A DNA stretch of 64,000 bases from Clostridia bacterium. GTDB lineage: Bacteria > Bacillota > Clostridia > Oscillospirales > Acutalibacteraceae. The notes under the pieces were generated by a model. It was not told where the DNA came from and did no database searches. It was given only the letters and a program-made list of their open reading frames with translations. Below, one piece after another: positions 46,055 through 55,141 of the stretch; positions within the stretch are counted from its first letter, which is position 1; each line of letters begins with the position of its first letter. The DNA lies in NCBI GenBank assembly GCA_017434895.1, contig JAFSGB010000016.1, positions 23,013-87,012 of the forward strand, written 5' to 3'. Made by a program: the position numbers and the translations under genes.

Positions 46055-47077
46055 ATGTTTACAAGAGACATAGGGGTTGACCTTGGCACTGCCAACACCT
46101 TGGTTTGCCTCAAAGGAAAAGGAATTATAATGAGGGAGCCTTCGGTTGTGGCTTACGACATAAGAAACGATGCGGTTCGTGCCGTTGGCCGCGAGGCCAA
46201 GGAAATGATTGGCCGAACCCCAGGTTCAATCGTAGCTGTCCGTCCTTTAAAGGACGGTGTTATTGCCGACTTCGATGTTACCGCCGCAATGCTAAAGCGT
46301 TTCGTAAGCGTGGCACTTAAAGGCTCTTTTTTTTCCCGTGTTCGCATGGTAATTTGTATTCCCTCGGGCGTTACCGAGGTTGAAAGCCGTGCCGTAATCG
46401 ACGCCGCAAAAATTGCAGGTGCTTCGGAGATTGACCTTGTAGAGGAGCCAATGGCAGCCGCAGTCGGTGCGGGACTTCCCGTAGGCGACGCCACAGGTAA
46501 TATGATAGTTGATATCGGCGGCGGCACCAGTGAGGTTGCGGTAATTTCTCTCGGAGACATTGTAACCGCCCAGTCAATCCGCATTGCGGGGGACGATTTA
46601 GACGAAGCTATTATCAACTATATAAGACGAAAACACAATCTTATTATCGGCAACCGCACCGCCGAGCAGATTAAGATTGACATTGGCTCGGCAAAGCCTT
46701 ATGAAAACGAAACCTGCGTTGAAATCAAGGGCAGAAACCAGGTTGACGGTCTGCCTGCAAATGTGGTTATCACCTCGGCAGAGGTCAGGAAGGCCATGGC
46801 CGACCCAATAAGCCAGATTATTGACACTATTCGTCTTACCCTTGAAAAGACCCCCCCCGAATTGTCAGCCGATATTATAGACCGCGGAATTACCCTCACA
46901 GGCGGCACCGCACTGCTTCGCGGATTTGCCGAAAAAATCGCCGAGGAAACGGGAATCCCCGTAACGGTAGCTACAAACCCCCTTGACTGTGTGGTTTTGG
47001 GCACGCAAAAGCGTCTTGAGGGAAGCGGCGGTTTTGATAATTATGTTTTCCGCAGAGGAAAGAGATTTAGACAGTAA
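46055..47077 (+). CDS. mreB: Rod shape-determining protein MreB
   Basis: 340 aa. DIGVDLGTANTLV, EPMAAA.GAG, DIGGGT. Confidence 0.95.
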   Translation: MFTRDIGVDLGTANTLVCLKGKGIIMREPSVVAYDIRNDAVRAVGREAKEMIGRTPGSIVAVRPLKDGVIADFDVTAAMLKRFVSVALKGSFFSRVRMVICIPSGVTEVESRAVIDAAKIAGASEIDLVEEPMAAAVGAGLPVGDATGNMIVDIGGGTSEVAVISLGDIVTAQSIRIAGDDLDEAIINYIRRKHNLIIGNRTAEQIKIDIGSAKPYENETCVEIKGRNQVDGLPANVVITSAEVRKAMADPISQIIDTIRLTLEKTPPELSADIIDRGITLTGGTALLRGFAEKIAEETGIPVTVATNPLDCVVLGTQKRLEGSGGFDNYVFRRGKRFRQ

Positions 47078-47100
47078 CTGAAACAAACGGAGTGTAAAAA

Positions 47101-47955
47101 ATGCGTTTTTTCTTTCGCAGTAAACAGTTTAAAATAATTTTGGCAACCGTTCTGGCTTTTCTCACAATCGGTGTGGTTTGCATTATTTTAGGCGGAAAAA
47201 TTTCGCCTCATGCAGACCTTTTCAGCACCATTTCAGCCCCCTTTAGAACTGCTTTTACAAGAATTTCCGCAGGGGTTGAGGATTTTATTGCCAACTTTGC
47301 CGAGGGCGAGGAGGCTCGCCTTCAAAACGCCGAGCTCGAAACCGAGATAGCCTCACTTCGTGAGCAGCTGGTAGACTTGGAAAAGGCTAAAAAAGAGAAC
47401 GAATTCTACAAAAATTATTTAGAAATTAAGGACTCTCACCCCGATTTTAAATTTGCGCCCGCAACCCTTATTTCAAAGGACGAAAAAGACCCCTTTAAGG
47501 GCTTTACCGTAAATGCGGGCAGTGTGGACGGGATTGAACCGCGTGACCCTGTTATCACCGAAAAGGGTCTTGTGGGGTATATAAGCGAGGTGGGACTCAC
47601 CACCTCTAAGGTAACAACCGTCCTTGACCCCGACATCACTTTAGGTGCTCTTGACAACCGTACCAGTGACTCAGGTGTGCTTTACGGCAGCTTCGAGAAT
47701 GCAAAGCTTGGTCTTACGGGACTTTACAACCTTTCCCGTTCCTGCAACATTGCGGTGGGTGACTTTATTGTGACCTCGGGTGAGGGAATTTTTCCTGAGG
47801 GACTGCTTATAGGTACTGTAAAATCCATTGGAAGCGAGAAGTACAACACCTCAATTTTTGCCGCAATTGAGCCGTTTTGCGATTTCGACAGCATTCGCGA
47901 TGTTATGATTATTACAAACTTTGAAGGTCAGGGAGGACTTGATCCTAATTCGTAA
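47101..47955 (+). CDS. mreC: Rod shape-determining protein MreC
   Basis: N-terminal TM, a coiled coil, ..G..DGI....PV....GLVG.I. Confidence 0.85.
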   Translation: MRFFFRSKQFKIILATVLAFLTIGVVCIILGGKISPHADLFSTISAPFRTAFTRISAGVEDFIANFAEGEEARLQNAELETEIASLREQLVDLEKAKKENEFYKNYLEIKDSHPDFKFAPATLISKDEKDPFKGFTVNAGSVDGIEPRDPVITEKGLVGYISEVGLTTSKVTTVLDPDITLGALDNRTSDSGVLYGSFENAKLGLTGLYNLSRSCNIAVGDFIVTSGEGIFPEGLLIGTVKSIGSEKYNTSIFAAIEPFCDFDSIRDVMIITNFEGQGGLDPNS

Positions 47956-48036
47956 TTATCGGTGTGCCGTAAGCACAATATATTGTGGGCGTTGCCGACA
48001 TGTTTGATTATGCATTATTAAAAGGAGGTGAACAAA

Positions 48037-48558
48037 ATGCCGAAAAAACAAAGACACTGGGGTATTTTTGCCCTTACCTTTTTTATGTTCTTTTTAAGCC
48101 TTACCTTATTTGGCGGGTCGGGAATAAGTCTTGCCGTTTCGGGGGTTGCTCCCGTTTTGGTGCTTAGCATTTTGTTCCCGTTTTGTGCTTTTAATGATGT
48201 TACAATGTCGGCAGTGGTGGGTTTTTTGTGCGGTGCTATGCTGGACGGCACTTCTGCTAACACATACTGCTTTAACACTGTGGCTTTGCTTGTATTGACG
48301 GTAACAGCCAGTCTGCTTGCCCACTCGGTTTTTAACCGAAACCTAAAAGCGAGCGTTATACTTTGTCTGCTTTTAACCATTATTTATTTCATATTTAATT
48401 GGCTTTTGTTTATTGCATTTTCGCTGAACTCAAGCGGAAATTTAAAGTACTTTTTGCAGTTAGCACTGCCATCAAGTCTTTATACGGCAGTACTTTCGAC
48501 ACCCTTTTACTTTATTTTCAAGGCTTTTAAGGAAAAAATAGAAAAGGATAAAAATTAA
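48037..48558 (+). CDS. mreD: Rod shape-determining protein MreD (by position and topology)
   Basis: About 173 aa, 5 TM, directly after mreC. The ATG follows AGGAGGTG. Confidence 0.65.
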   Translation: MPKKQRHWGIFALTFFMFFLSLTLFGGSGISLAVSGVAPVLVLSILFPFCAFNDVTMSAVVGFLCGAMLDGTSANTYCFNTVALLVLTVTASLLAHSVFNRNLKASVILCLLLTIIYFIFNWLLFIAFSLNSSGNLKYFLQLALPSSLYTAVLSTPFYFIFKAFKEKIEKDKN

Positions 48559-48593
48559 AGATTTCTACTCTTTAAGAACAGAGGTGAACATCG

Positions 48594-50567
48594 ATGCCCT
48601 TTAAAAAGAAAAACCAAACCGCAATTACGGTATTGTCGGTCCTTTTGGTTGCGGTTTTGCTTTTTTACAGCTTTAGACTTTACCATTTACAAATGAACAG
48701 TACGGAATTTGCTAAAAAAGATGACGGTGCCGCATCGGTGTTGGTCTCTACCCTTAAAGCCCCGAGAGGGGAAATTCTTGACTGCTACGGCAGACAGATT
48801 GCCATCAACCGCGACGGCTACAATATCGTTTTCAACAAGGCTTACGTTAAGGACAACCTTAACGATGTTATTTTAAAGCTCTGCCAACTTTTGGATGAAA
48901 ACGGCACCGAGCGTGTAGACGAGCTCCCCATTTCCAAGACCGAGCCTTATGTCTTTTTAGAGGACGGCGATAAGGAACGGCTCCTTAAAAAACTGGAGCT
49001 TGCCCACTATGCCACACCCCAGAATTGCATTGACGAAATGATTGAACGGTACGACCTTGAAAAATATAAGGGTGAGGATTTACGCCGAGTTATGGGCGTT
49101 CGTTACAGTATGGATATTGCAGACTTTTCCGTTTCCTACCCCTTTACCTTTGCCGAAGATATCCCCACCGAGCTTATGCTTAAAATTTCCGAATCGGCAT
49201 TTTTGCTTTCGGGGGTTACGGTGGATGTTGTTCCTGTTAGGGAGTATGTTGACACTTCGCTGGCCGTAAACCTTATCGGCTCGGTTGGCCCGATTTTTAA
49301 GGAAGAATGGGAAGATTACCAAGAAAAGGGATATTCCTACAACGACAAGGTGGGAAAAAGCGGAATTGAAGCTTGGGGTGAGGATTACCTTAGAGGTACC
49401 GACGGTCAAATGACCTACCGCTTGGACGCTGCGGGAAATATAATTTCTAAGGAAATTACAAAGGAACCCATCGCGGGCAAAACAATAATGCTGACATTGG
49501 ACAAAAATATGCAAAGAATTGCCCAAAATTCCCTTGAAGCCACAGTTCGCGATTTGCAAAGTAAGGGCGGCAGCGCCAAGGCGGGTTCCGCTGTTGTTGT
49601 GGATATTAAAAGCGGAAATGTATTGACTGCCGCAAACTACCCGACCTATGACTCGGCAACCTTGGGGGAAATGTACAACTCCCTTGCCGCCGACCCCGCA
49701 AAGCCCCTTACTGACCGCGCTTTTCAAGGCGTTTACCCCATAGGCTCCACCATTAAGCCGATTGTCGCCATTGCGGCAATGGATAACAGCCTTTACACCG
49801 AAGACGAGCATATTTACTGCCGCCAAAAGTATACCCTTTTTAATGATTATCAGCCTAGCTGTATGGGCTTTCACCGAAGTATCGGACTTACAACCGCGCT
49901 TTCAAAAAGCTGTAACTATTTCTTTTTTGAACTGGGTCGCCGCGTGGGCGCTTTAACCCTTACCAGCTACTACAAGCAGTTTGGCTTAGGTGTTAAAACA
50001 GGAGTTGAGGTTAACGATGCCGCGGGCATTCTTTTAGAGCCCAAGTCCAACGGTACGGGAGGCGACACGCTGCAAATTTCCATCGGTCAGCTAAACGCCT
50101 TTACACCGCTTCAGGTGGCAAACTACACCGCCACCCTTGCCAACGGAGGTACCCACTATAAGGCAAGCCTTATTAATAAGGTTGTTTCCTACGATATGTC
50201 CGAAACCTACGAGGAGTTCGGCAGTCAGGTTAAAAACACTGTTAAAATAAGCGACCAAAGTCTTGCCGCCGTTAAAAAGGGTATGCTTTCGGTTACCGAG
50301 GACGGTACCGGACGGGCAGCTCTTGGCGACTACCCCATTAAGATTGGCGGTAAAACCGGTACCAGTCAGGTAACCGGCAAGGCAGACCACAGTATTTTCG
50401 TGGCTTTTGCCCCCTTTGACAATCCCGAAATCGCTATTGCGGTAGTGCTTGAGCATGGAGCCTCGGGCTTTAGCGCAGGTACAGTAGTGCGAAATATTCT
50501 TGACGCCTACTTCTTTACCGATTCAGGTTCTCTGGGCGAGGACAAGCCGTTTGTTGTTTTGGATTAA
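48594..50567 (+). CDS. mrdA: Penicillin-binding protein 2 (class B transpeptidase)
   Basis: 657 aa. N-terminal TM and dimerisation domain, STIKP (SxxK), SCN-type (SKSCN), KTGTS. Confidence 0.9.
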   Translation: MPFKKKNQTAITVLSVLLVAVLLFYSFRLYHLQMNSTEFAKKDDGAASVLVSTLKAPRGEILDCYGRQIAINRDGYNIVFNKAYVKDNLNDVILKLCQLLDENGTERVDELPISKTEPYVFLEDGDKERLLKKLELAHYATPQNCIDEMIERYDLEKYKGEDLRRVMGVRYSMDIADFSVSYPFTFAEDIPTELMLKISESAFLLSGVTVDVVPVREYVDTSLAVNLIGSVGPIFKEEWEDYQEKGYSYNDKVGKSGIEAWGEDYLRGTDGQMTYRLDAAGNIISKEITKEPIAGKTIMLTLDKNMQRIAQNSLEATVRDLQSKGGSAKAGSAVVVDIKSGNVLTAANYPTYDSATLGEMYNSLAADPAKPLTDRAFQGVYPIGSTIKPIVAIAAMDNSLYTEDEHIYCRQKYTLFNDYQPSCMGFHRSIGLTTALSKSCNYFFFELGRRVGALTLTSYYKQFGLGVKTGVEVNDAAGILLEPKSNGTGGDTLQISIGQLNAFTPLQVANYTATLANGGTHYKASLINKVVSYDMSETYEEFGSQVKNTVKISDQSLAAVKKGMLSVTEDGTGRAALGDYPIKIGGKTGTSQVTGKADHSIFVAFAPFDNPEIAIAVVLEHGASGFSAGTVVRNILDAYFFTDSGSLGEDKPFVVLD

Positions 50568-50575
50568 TTAAAGGT

Positions 50576-50604
50576 TTGACAATAATTACTATTTATGATA
50601 GAAT
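50576..50604 (+). promoter_or_regulatory. Promoter ahead of the minD-like gene
   Basis: TTGACA (50576-81), 17-nt spacer, TAGAAT (50599-604). Confidence 0.6.
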
Positions 50605-50628
50605 TATAGACTGAAACGAGGGAGAGCT

Positions 50629-51357
50629 ATGGGTGAAATTTTTGCCACAACCTCCGGTAAAGGCGGAGTGGGAAAATCTGCTACCGCAGTAGGCTTAGGC
50701 CTTGCTTTTGCCGGTCTTAATAAAAAAACCCTTCTCGTTGATATGGACGAGGGGCTGAGATGTCTTGACCTGCTTTTGGGTGTAGACTCTAAGGCAGTGC
50801 TTGACCTTGGCGATGCCGTAAAGACAGAAGAAATTAACGATATTGCCTACGAATGTTCTCAAAAAAATCTCTTTCTTATCCCCGCTCCCGACACTTTCGG
50901 TGAAATAGCCCCCGAAGCCTTAACCGCCTTTGCAAAAAAAGCGGAGGAGCTTTACGATGTTGTGATTTTTGACTTTCCCGCGGGACTCCAGTTTGAGCTT
51001 TATTCGGCGCTTCCAAAGAAAACCCTGTTTTTAGGGATCGCCACGCCCGACCCCGTATCTGTAAGAGACATTGCGGCGGTTGGAGAAAAATTGGCCTCCT
51101 TAGGGCTTAATTCCCGACTTATAATTAACCGCTTCAGCTTTAAAATTCACAAGAAAAAATTCTACCAAAGCATTGACGGTATAATTGACGCCTCGTCAAT
51201 CCGCCTCTTGGGAATTGTCCCCGAGGCTGAAGATGTTAACACACTGTCCATTAACCATAAGCTTAAAAGAAACTCAAATGCAAGTAAAGCCTTTTTGCGA
51301 ATTGCCGAAAGGCTCCAGTATAAAAACATTCCTTTAAAAAATTTGAAAAAGATTTGA
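50629..51357 (+). CDS. minD: MinD/ParA-family ATPase (MinD-like)
   Basis: Deviant Walker A SGKGGVGKS. ..LLVDMDEGLRCLDLLLG... 242 aa with a basic C-terminus. Confidence 0.7.
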   Translation: MGEIFATTSGKGGVGKSATAVGLGLAFAGLNKKTLLVDMDEGLRCLDLLLGVDSKAVLDLGDAVKTEEINDIAYECSQKNLFLIPAPDTFGEIAPEALTAFAKKAEELYDVVIFDFPAGLQFELYSALPKKTLFLGIATPDPVSVRDIAAVGEKLASLGLNSRLIINRFSFKIHKKKFYQSIDGIIDASSIRLLGIVPEAEDVNTLSINHKLKRNSNASKAFLRIAERLQYKNIPLKNLKKI

Positions 51358-51367
51358 GGTTACTAGT

Positions 51368-51772
51368 ATGACAATCGCACTAATTGCACACGACGCAAAA
51401 AAAGAATTAATGGTACAATTCTGCATTGCCTACTGTGGAATTTTAAGCAAGTATAACCTCGTAGCAACGGGTGCTACCGGCAAGGTGGTTTCCGAAGCTA
51501 CAGGTCTTGAAATTACCTCTTTTTTGAGCGGTTCTCAAGGCGGTTCCCAACAAATTGCAAGCCGTATCGGTTGCGATGAAATCGACCTGCTTTTAATGTT
51601 CCGCGACCCAATAACCGCAAAGCCCAGCGAGCCTAACGAACAGGTATTGCTACGCCTTTGCGACATTCACAATATTCCTGTTGCCACCAATATTGCCACC
51701 GCCGAAATGATTATCCACGGACTCGAACGCGGTGACCTTGACTGGCGAGAAATTATGAAAGCGAGCAAATAA
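51368..51772 (+). CDS. mgsA: Methylglyoxal synthase
   Basis: IALIAHD.KK, ATGTTG-like ATGATG, FRDP...PHD-like region. Confidence 0.9.
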   Translation: MTIALIAHDAKKELMVQFCIAYCGILSKYNLVATGATGKVVSEATGLEITSFLSGSQGGSQQIASRIGCDEIDLLLMFRDPITAKPSEPNEQVLLRLCDIHNIPVATNIATAEMIIHGLERGDLDWREIMKASK

Positions 51773-51779
51773 AGTTTTT

Positions 51780-53081
51780 ATGGCAGAAATTAACCGTGCC
51801 GTTAAAGGCACTAACGATGTTCTTCCCGAGCAAAGTCACAATTGGCAGTTTGTGGAAAATAAAATGCTGGAAACTGCCACCCAGTTTGGTTTTAAGGAAA
51901 TCCGTGTGCCCGTTTTTGAGCATACGGAGGTCTTTTTGCGTAGCGTTGGCGACACCACCGATGTGGTTCAAAAGGAAATGTATACCTTTGACGATAAGGG
52001 CGGCCGCTCAATAACACTTCGTCCTGAGCTTACCGCCGGAGTTATCCGTTCAAGTATTGAAAAGGGCCTTGTAAACGGGGCGCTCCCTCAGAAATTGTGT
52101 TATATCGGCGGTTGCTACCGCTACGAAAAGCCTCAAGCAGGCAGACTCAGAGAATTTCACCAGTTTGGTGTTGAGTGTGTAGGAGCTGCGGCTCCCAATG
52201 CTGATGCAGAGGTTATTTCTCTGGCAAAAGCAGTTCTGGAAAACATTGGAATAAAGGAAATTTCACTGGAAATTAACTCAATCGGCTGTCCCGAGTGCCG
52301 AAAAGAATACCACAAGGCACTAAAGGAATATTTTTCCAAAAACCTTGCCGACCTTTGCGACACCTGTAAGGACAGACTTGACCGCAACCCAATGAGAATT
52401 CTTGACTGCAAATGCCCTGTTTGTAAGGGTATTTCAGAAAATGCCCCCGTTGTAATTGATTACCTTTGTGAGGACTGCCGCGAGCACTTTGAAAGTGTTA
52501 AGGCTCACCTTAAAGCTATGAGTATTGATTTTACGGTTAACCCTAAAATCGTACGGGGACTTGACTACTACACCCGTACTGTTTTTGAGTTTGTGTCGGG
52601 CGATATCGGTGCACAGTCCACCGTTTGCGGCGGCGGCCGTTATGACGGGCTGATTAAACAAATGGGCGGTCAGGACACCCCGTCCTTGGGCTTTGCTATG
52701 GGAATTGAGCGTCTTATGATGGTGCTTTCGGCACAAAAAGCCGAACTTCCCGAAGCCCCCACCTGTGATTTGTTTATTGCTTCCTTGGGTGAAAAGGCAA
52801 GCCTTAAGGCCAGCGCTTTATGTAAAGAGCTTAGAGACGAGGGTTACAAGGTGCAGACAGATATTTGTGCAAGAGGCTTAAAGGCACAAATGAAGTATGC
52901 TAACAAAATCGGCGCTAAGTTCACACTGGTGCTTGGCGACAGCGAAGTTGAAAGCGGAAAAGCCAACCTCAAAAATATGTCGAATTCTACTGAGAAACAG
53001 ATTAATTTGTCTGAAACAGTCGAGGAATTAGGCGAGGAAATAAGAAAAATTTTATTTGAACGTATAGCAGAAATAATTTAA
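51780..53081 (+). CDS. hisS: Histidyl-tRNA synthetase
   Basis: 433 aa. G..D.LP, LRPE.T, YRYE.PQ.GR.REF.Q, GGGRYD. Confidence 0.95.
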   Translation: MAEINRAVKGTNDVLPEQSHNWQFVENKMLETATQFGFKEIRVPVFEHTEVFLRSVGDTTDVVQKEMYTFDDKGGRSITLRPELTAGVIRSSIEKGLVNGALPQKLCYIGGCYRYEKPQAGRLREFHQFGVECVGAAAPNADAEVISLAKAVLENIGIKEISLEINSIGCPECRKEYHKALKEYFSKNLADLCDTCKDRLDRNPMRILDCKCPVCKGISENAPVVIDYLCEDCREHFESVKAHLKAMSIDFTVNPKIVRGLDYYTRTVFEFVSGDIGAQSTVCGGGRYDGLIKQMGGQDTPSLGFAMGIERLMMVLSAQKAELPEAPTCDLFIASLGEKASLKASALCKELRDEGYKVQTDICARGLKAQMKYANKIGAKFTLVLGDSEVESGKANLKNMSNSTEKQINLSETVEELGEEIRKILFERIAEII

Positions 53082-53177
53082 CCTATTCGTAATTTCGGTC
53101 TGCCTTCAACAGGATATATTGCCGCCTTTGGCAATACATTTAATTACGAATTATGCATTATTACGAGGTGAAACCTA

Positions 53178-54950
53178 ATGTTAGACAGATTAGAGGGTAA
53201 AAAGCGTACCCATTACTGCGGTACACTAAGACGGGAAAATGCCGGCGAAACGGTTACCGTTTGCGGTTGGATTCAGCGTCAGCGTGATCTGGGCGGTCTT
53301 ATTTTCGCCGATCTTAGAGACAGAACGGGTATTTTGCAGTTGGCCTTTGACGAAAACACCGAAAAAAGCCTTTTTGAGAAGGCTTCCGTCCTTAAAAGCG
53401 AGTATGTCGTTATGGCTGAGGGTCTTGTTCGTGTTCGTTCCTCTGTAAATAAAGAAATCCCCACAGGAGACGTGGAGCTTGAGGTTAAAACGCTTAAAAT
53501 TTTAGGAAGGAGTGAGACTCCTCCCTTTGAAATTATAGAAAATTCCAACGCGGGTGAGGATATTCGCCTTAAATACCGCTATTTGGATTTGCGTCGACCC
53601 GACATTCAAAAAAATATTCTGCTTCGCCACAAGATTACTAAGGTGACAAGGGATTATTTTGACGAAAACGGCTTTATTGAGATTGAAACCCCAACCCTTA
53701 TTAAATCTACGCCTGAGGGCGCGCGGGACTATTTGGTGCCCTCCCGTATTCATAAAGGAAGCTTTTTTGCGCTTCCCCAGTCACCCCAGTTATATAAGCA
53801 GTTATTGATGCTTTCGGGCTTTGACAGATATATGCAAATTGCCCGTTGCTACCGCGACGAGGATTTGCGTGCCGACAGACAGCCCGAGTTTACCCAAATT
53901 GACCTTGAAATGTCCTTTGTGGAGCCTGAGGATGTTTACGCTATAGCCGAAGGCTACATCAAACGCCTTTTCAAAGAGGTGCTTAATGAGGATATTGTAA
54001 CACCTTTGCCGAGACTTAAGTTTGTTGACGCTATGAACGACTACGGATCGGACAAGCCCGACACCCGTTTTGAAATGAAAATTAAGGATTTGTCAGATAT
54101 TGTTGAAAACTGCGGCTTCGGCGTGTTTTCAGATACGGTTAAAAAGGGCGGTACCGTTCGCGCCATTACTGCAAAAGGCGCGGTTGACACCTACACCAGA
54201 AAAGAAATCGACAAGCTAACCGAGGAAGCCAAGGGCATTGGCGCCAAGGGTCTTGCCTACATCCGTTGGGTAGAGGACTCCCCCGCCTGCTCCTTTGCAA
54301 AGTTTATGACTGATGACGAAATTCAGGCTATAATCGAGCGTACCGGTGCCGAAAAGGGCGACTTGGTGCTGATTGTTGCAGACAGGAAAAATCTTTGCTT
54401 GTCCGTTTTGGGTGCACTTCGTTTGACGGTTGCCAAGCGTCTTAATATCATTCCTGACACCTACAATTTCCTTTGGGTTACCGAGTTCCCGTTCTTTGAA
54501 TATAACGAGGAAACGGGCAACTGGGACGCTATGCACCACCCCTTTACCTCCCCCTTGGACGAGAGTATTCCTTATCTTGACACTAACCCTGAAAAGGTTT
54601 TTGCCAAGGCTTATGATTTGGTGCTTAACGGCGTTGAGCTGTCGAGCGGTTCAATTCGTATAACCGACCCCGTTTTGCAAAACAAAATGTTTAAGGCGCT
54701 AGGGCTAACTGATGAGGAGGCTCACGAAAAATTCGGCTTCTTAACCGATGCCTTTAAGTACGGTGCTCCGCCCCACGGCGGAATGGGTATCGGTCTTGAC
54801 CGACTTGTAATGCTTATGTGCGGTTGCGACAGTCTGCGAGATGTAATTGCTTTCCCCAAGGTTTCAAATTCCAGCGAATTAATGTCTGGTGCTCCCGCCA
54901 CTGTGGATGATGCGCAGCTTCGCGACCTTAACATTAAAACCTTAGAGTAA
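53178..54950 (+). CDS. aspS: Aspartyl-tRNA synthetase
   Basis: 590 aa. OB fold, FALPQSPQLYKQLLM, CYRDEDLRADRQPEFTQ, GGMGIGLDRL. Confidence 0.95.
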   Translation: MLDRLEGKKRTHYCGTLRRENAGETVTVCGWIQRQRDLGGLIFADLRDRTGILQLAFDENTEKSLFEKASVLKSEYVVMAEGLVRVRSSVNKEIPTGDVELEVKTLKILGRSETPPFEIIENSNAGEDIRLKYRYLDLRRPDIQKNILLRHKITKVTRDYFDENGFIEIETPTLIKSTPEGARDYLVPSRIHKGSFFALPQSPQLYKQLLMLSGFDRYMQIARCYRDEDLRADRQPEFTQIDLEMSFVEPEDVYAIAEGYIKRLFKEVLNEDIVTPLPRLKFVDAMNDYGSDKPDTRFEMKIKDLSDIVENCGFGVFSDTVKKGGTVRAITAKGAVDTYTRKEIDKLTEEAKGIGAKGLAYIRWVEDSPACSFAKFMTDDEIQAIIERTGAEKGDLVLIVADRKNLCLSVLGALRLTVAKRLNIIPDTYNFLWVTEFPFFEYNEETGNWDAMHHPFTSPLDESIPYLDTNPEKVFAKAYDLVLNGVELSSGSIRITDPVLQNKMFKALGLTDEEAHEKFGFLTDAFKYGAPPHGGMGIGLDRLVMLMCGCDSLRDVIAFPKVSNSSELMSGAPATVDDAQLRDLNIKTLE

Positions 54951-55128
54951 AATCAAATATTTTAATACTACCGTCGTCTATTTCGACGGCACTGCGGTAT
55001 TCACCAAAGCCTATGAGCCTTATGCCCTCATAGGCTTTACTTATTCCCAAAATTCCTATTATCAGGCAAAAAGCCACCACCGAGGAAAGATAAAAGCTTC
55101 TAAAAAAAAACCGTGTACTTCTTTTCAT
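54934..55128 (-). CDS. Hypothetical small membrane protein downstream of spoIIP
   Basis: 64 aa, one TM, weak RBS. It converges on and overlaps the aspS end by 17 nt. Confidence 0.35.
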   Translation of the reverse strand: MKRSTRFFFRSFYLSSVVAFCLIIGILGISKAYEGIRLIGFGEYRSAVEIDDGSIKIFDFTLRF

Positions 55129-55141
55129 AAAAATCTCTTTT

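Noticed and set aside
46105-46617. Arg/Cys-rich and Ser/Thr/Pro-rich ORFs (46105-46320 +, 46153-46617 -, 46371-46577 -) inside mreB
   Set aside because: They are off-frame or antisense shadows of a highly conserved gene, with biased composition typical of alternative frames.
53082-53177. T-box leader for aspS (and for hisS at 51773-51779)
   Set aside because: The spacers are 96 nt and 7 nt, too short for a T-box. No AGAGA or GGGTGGTACCGCG-type motif is present.
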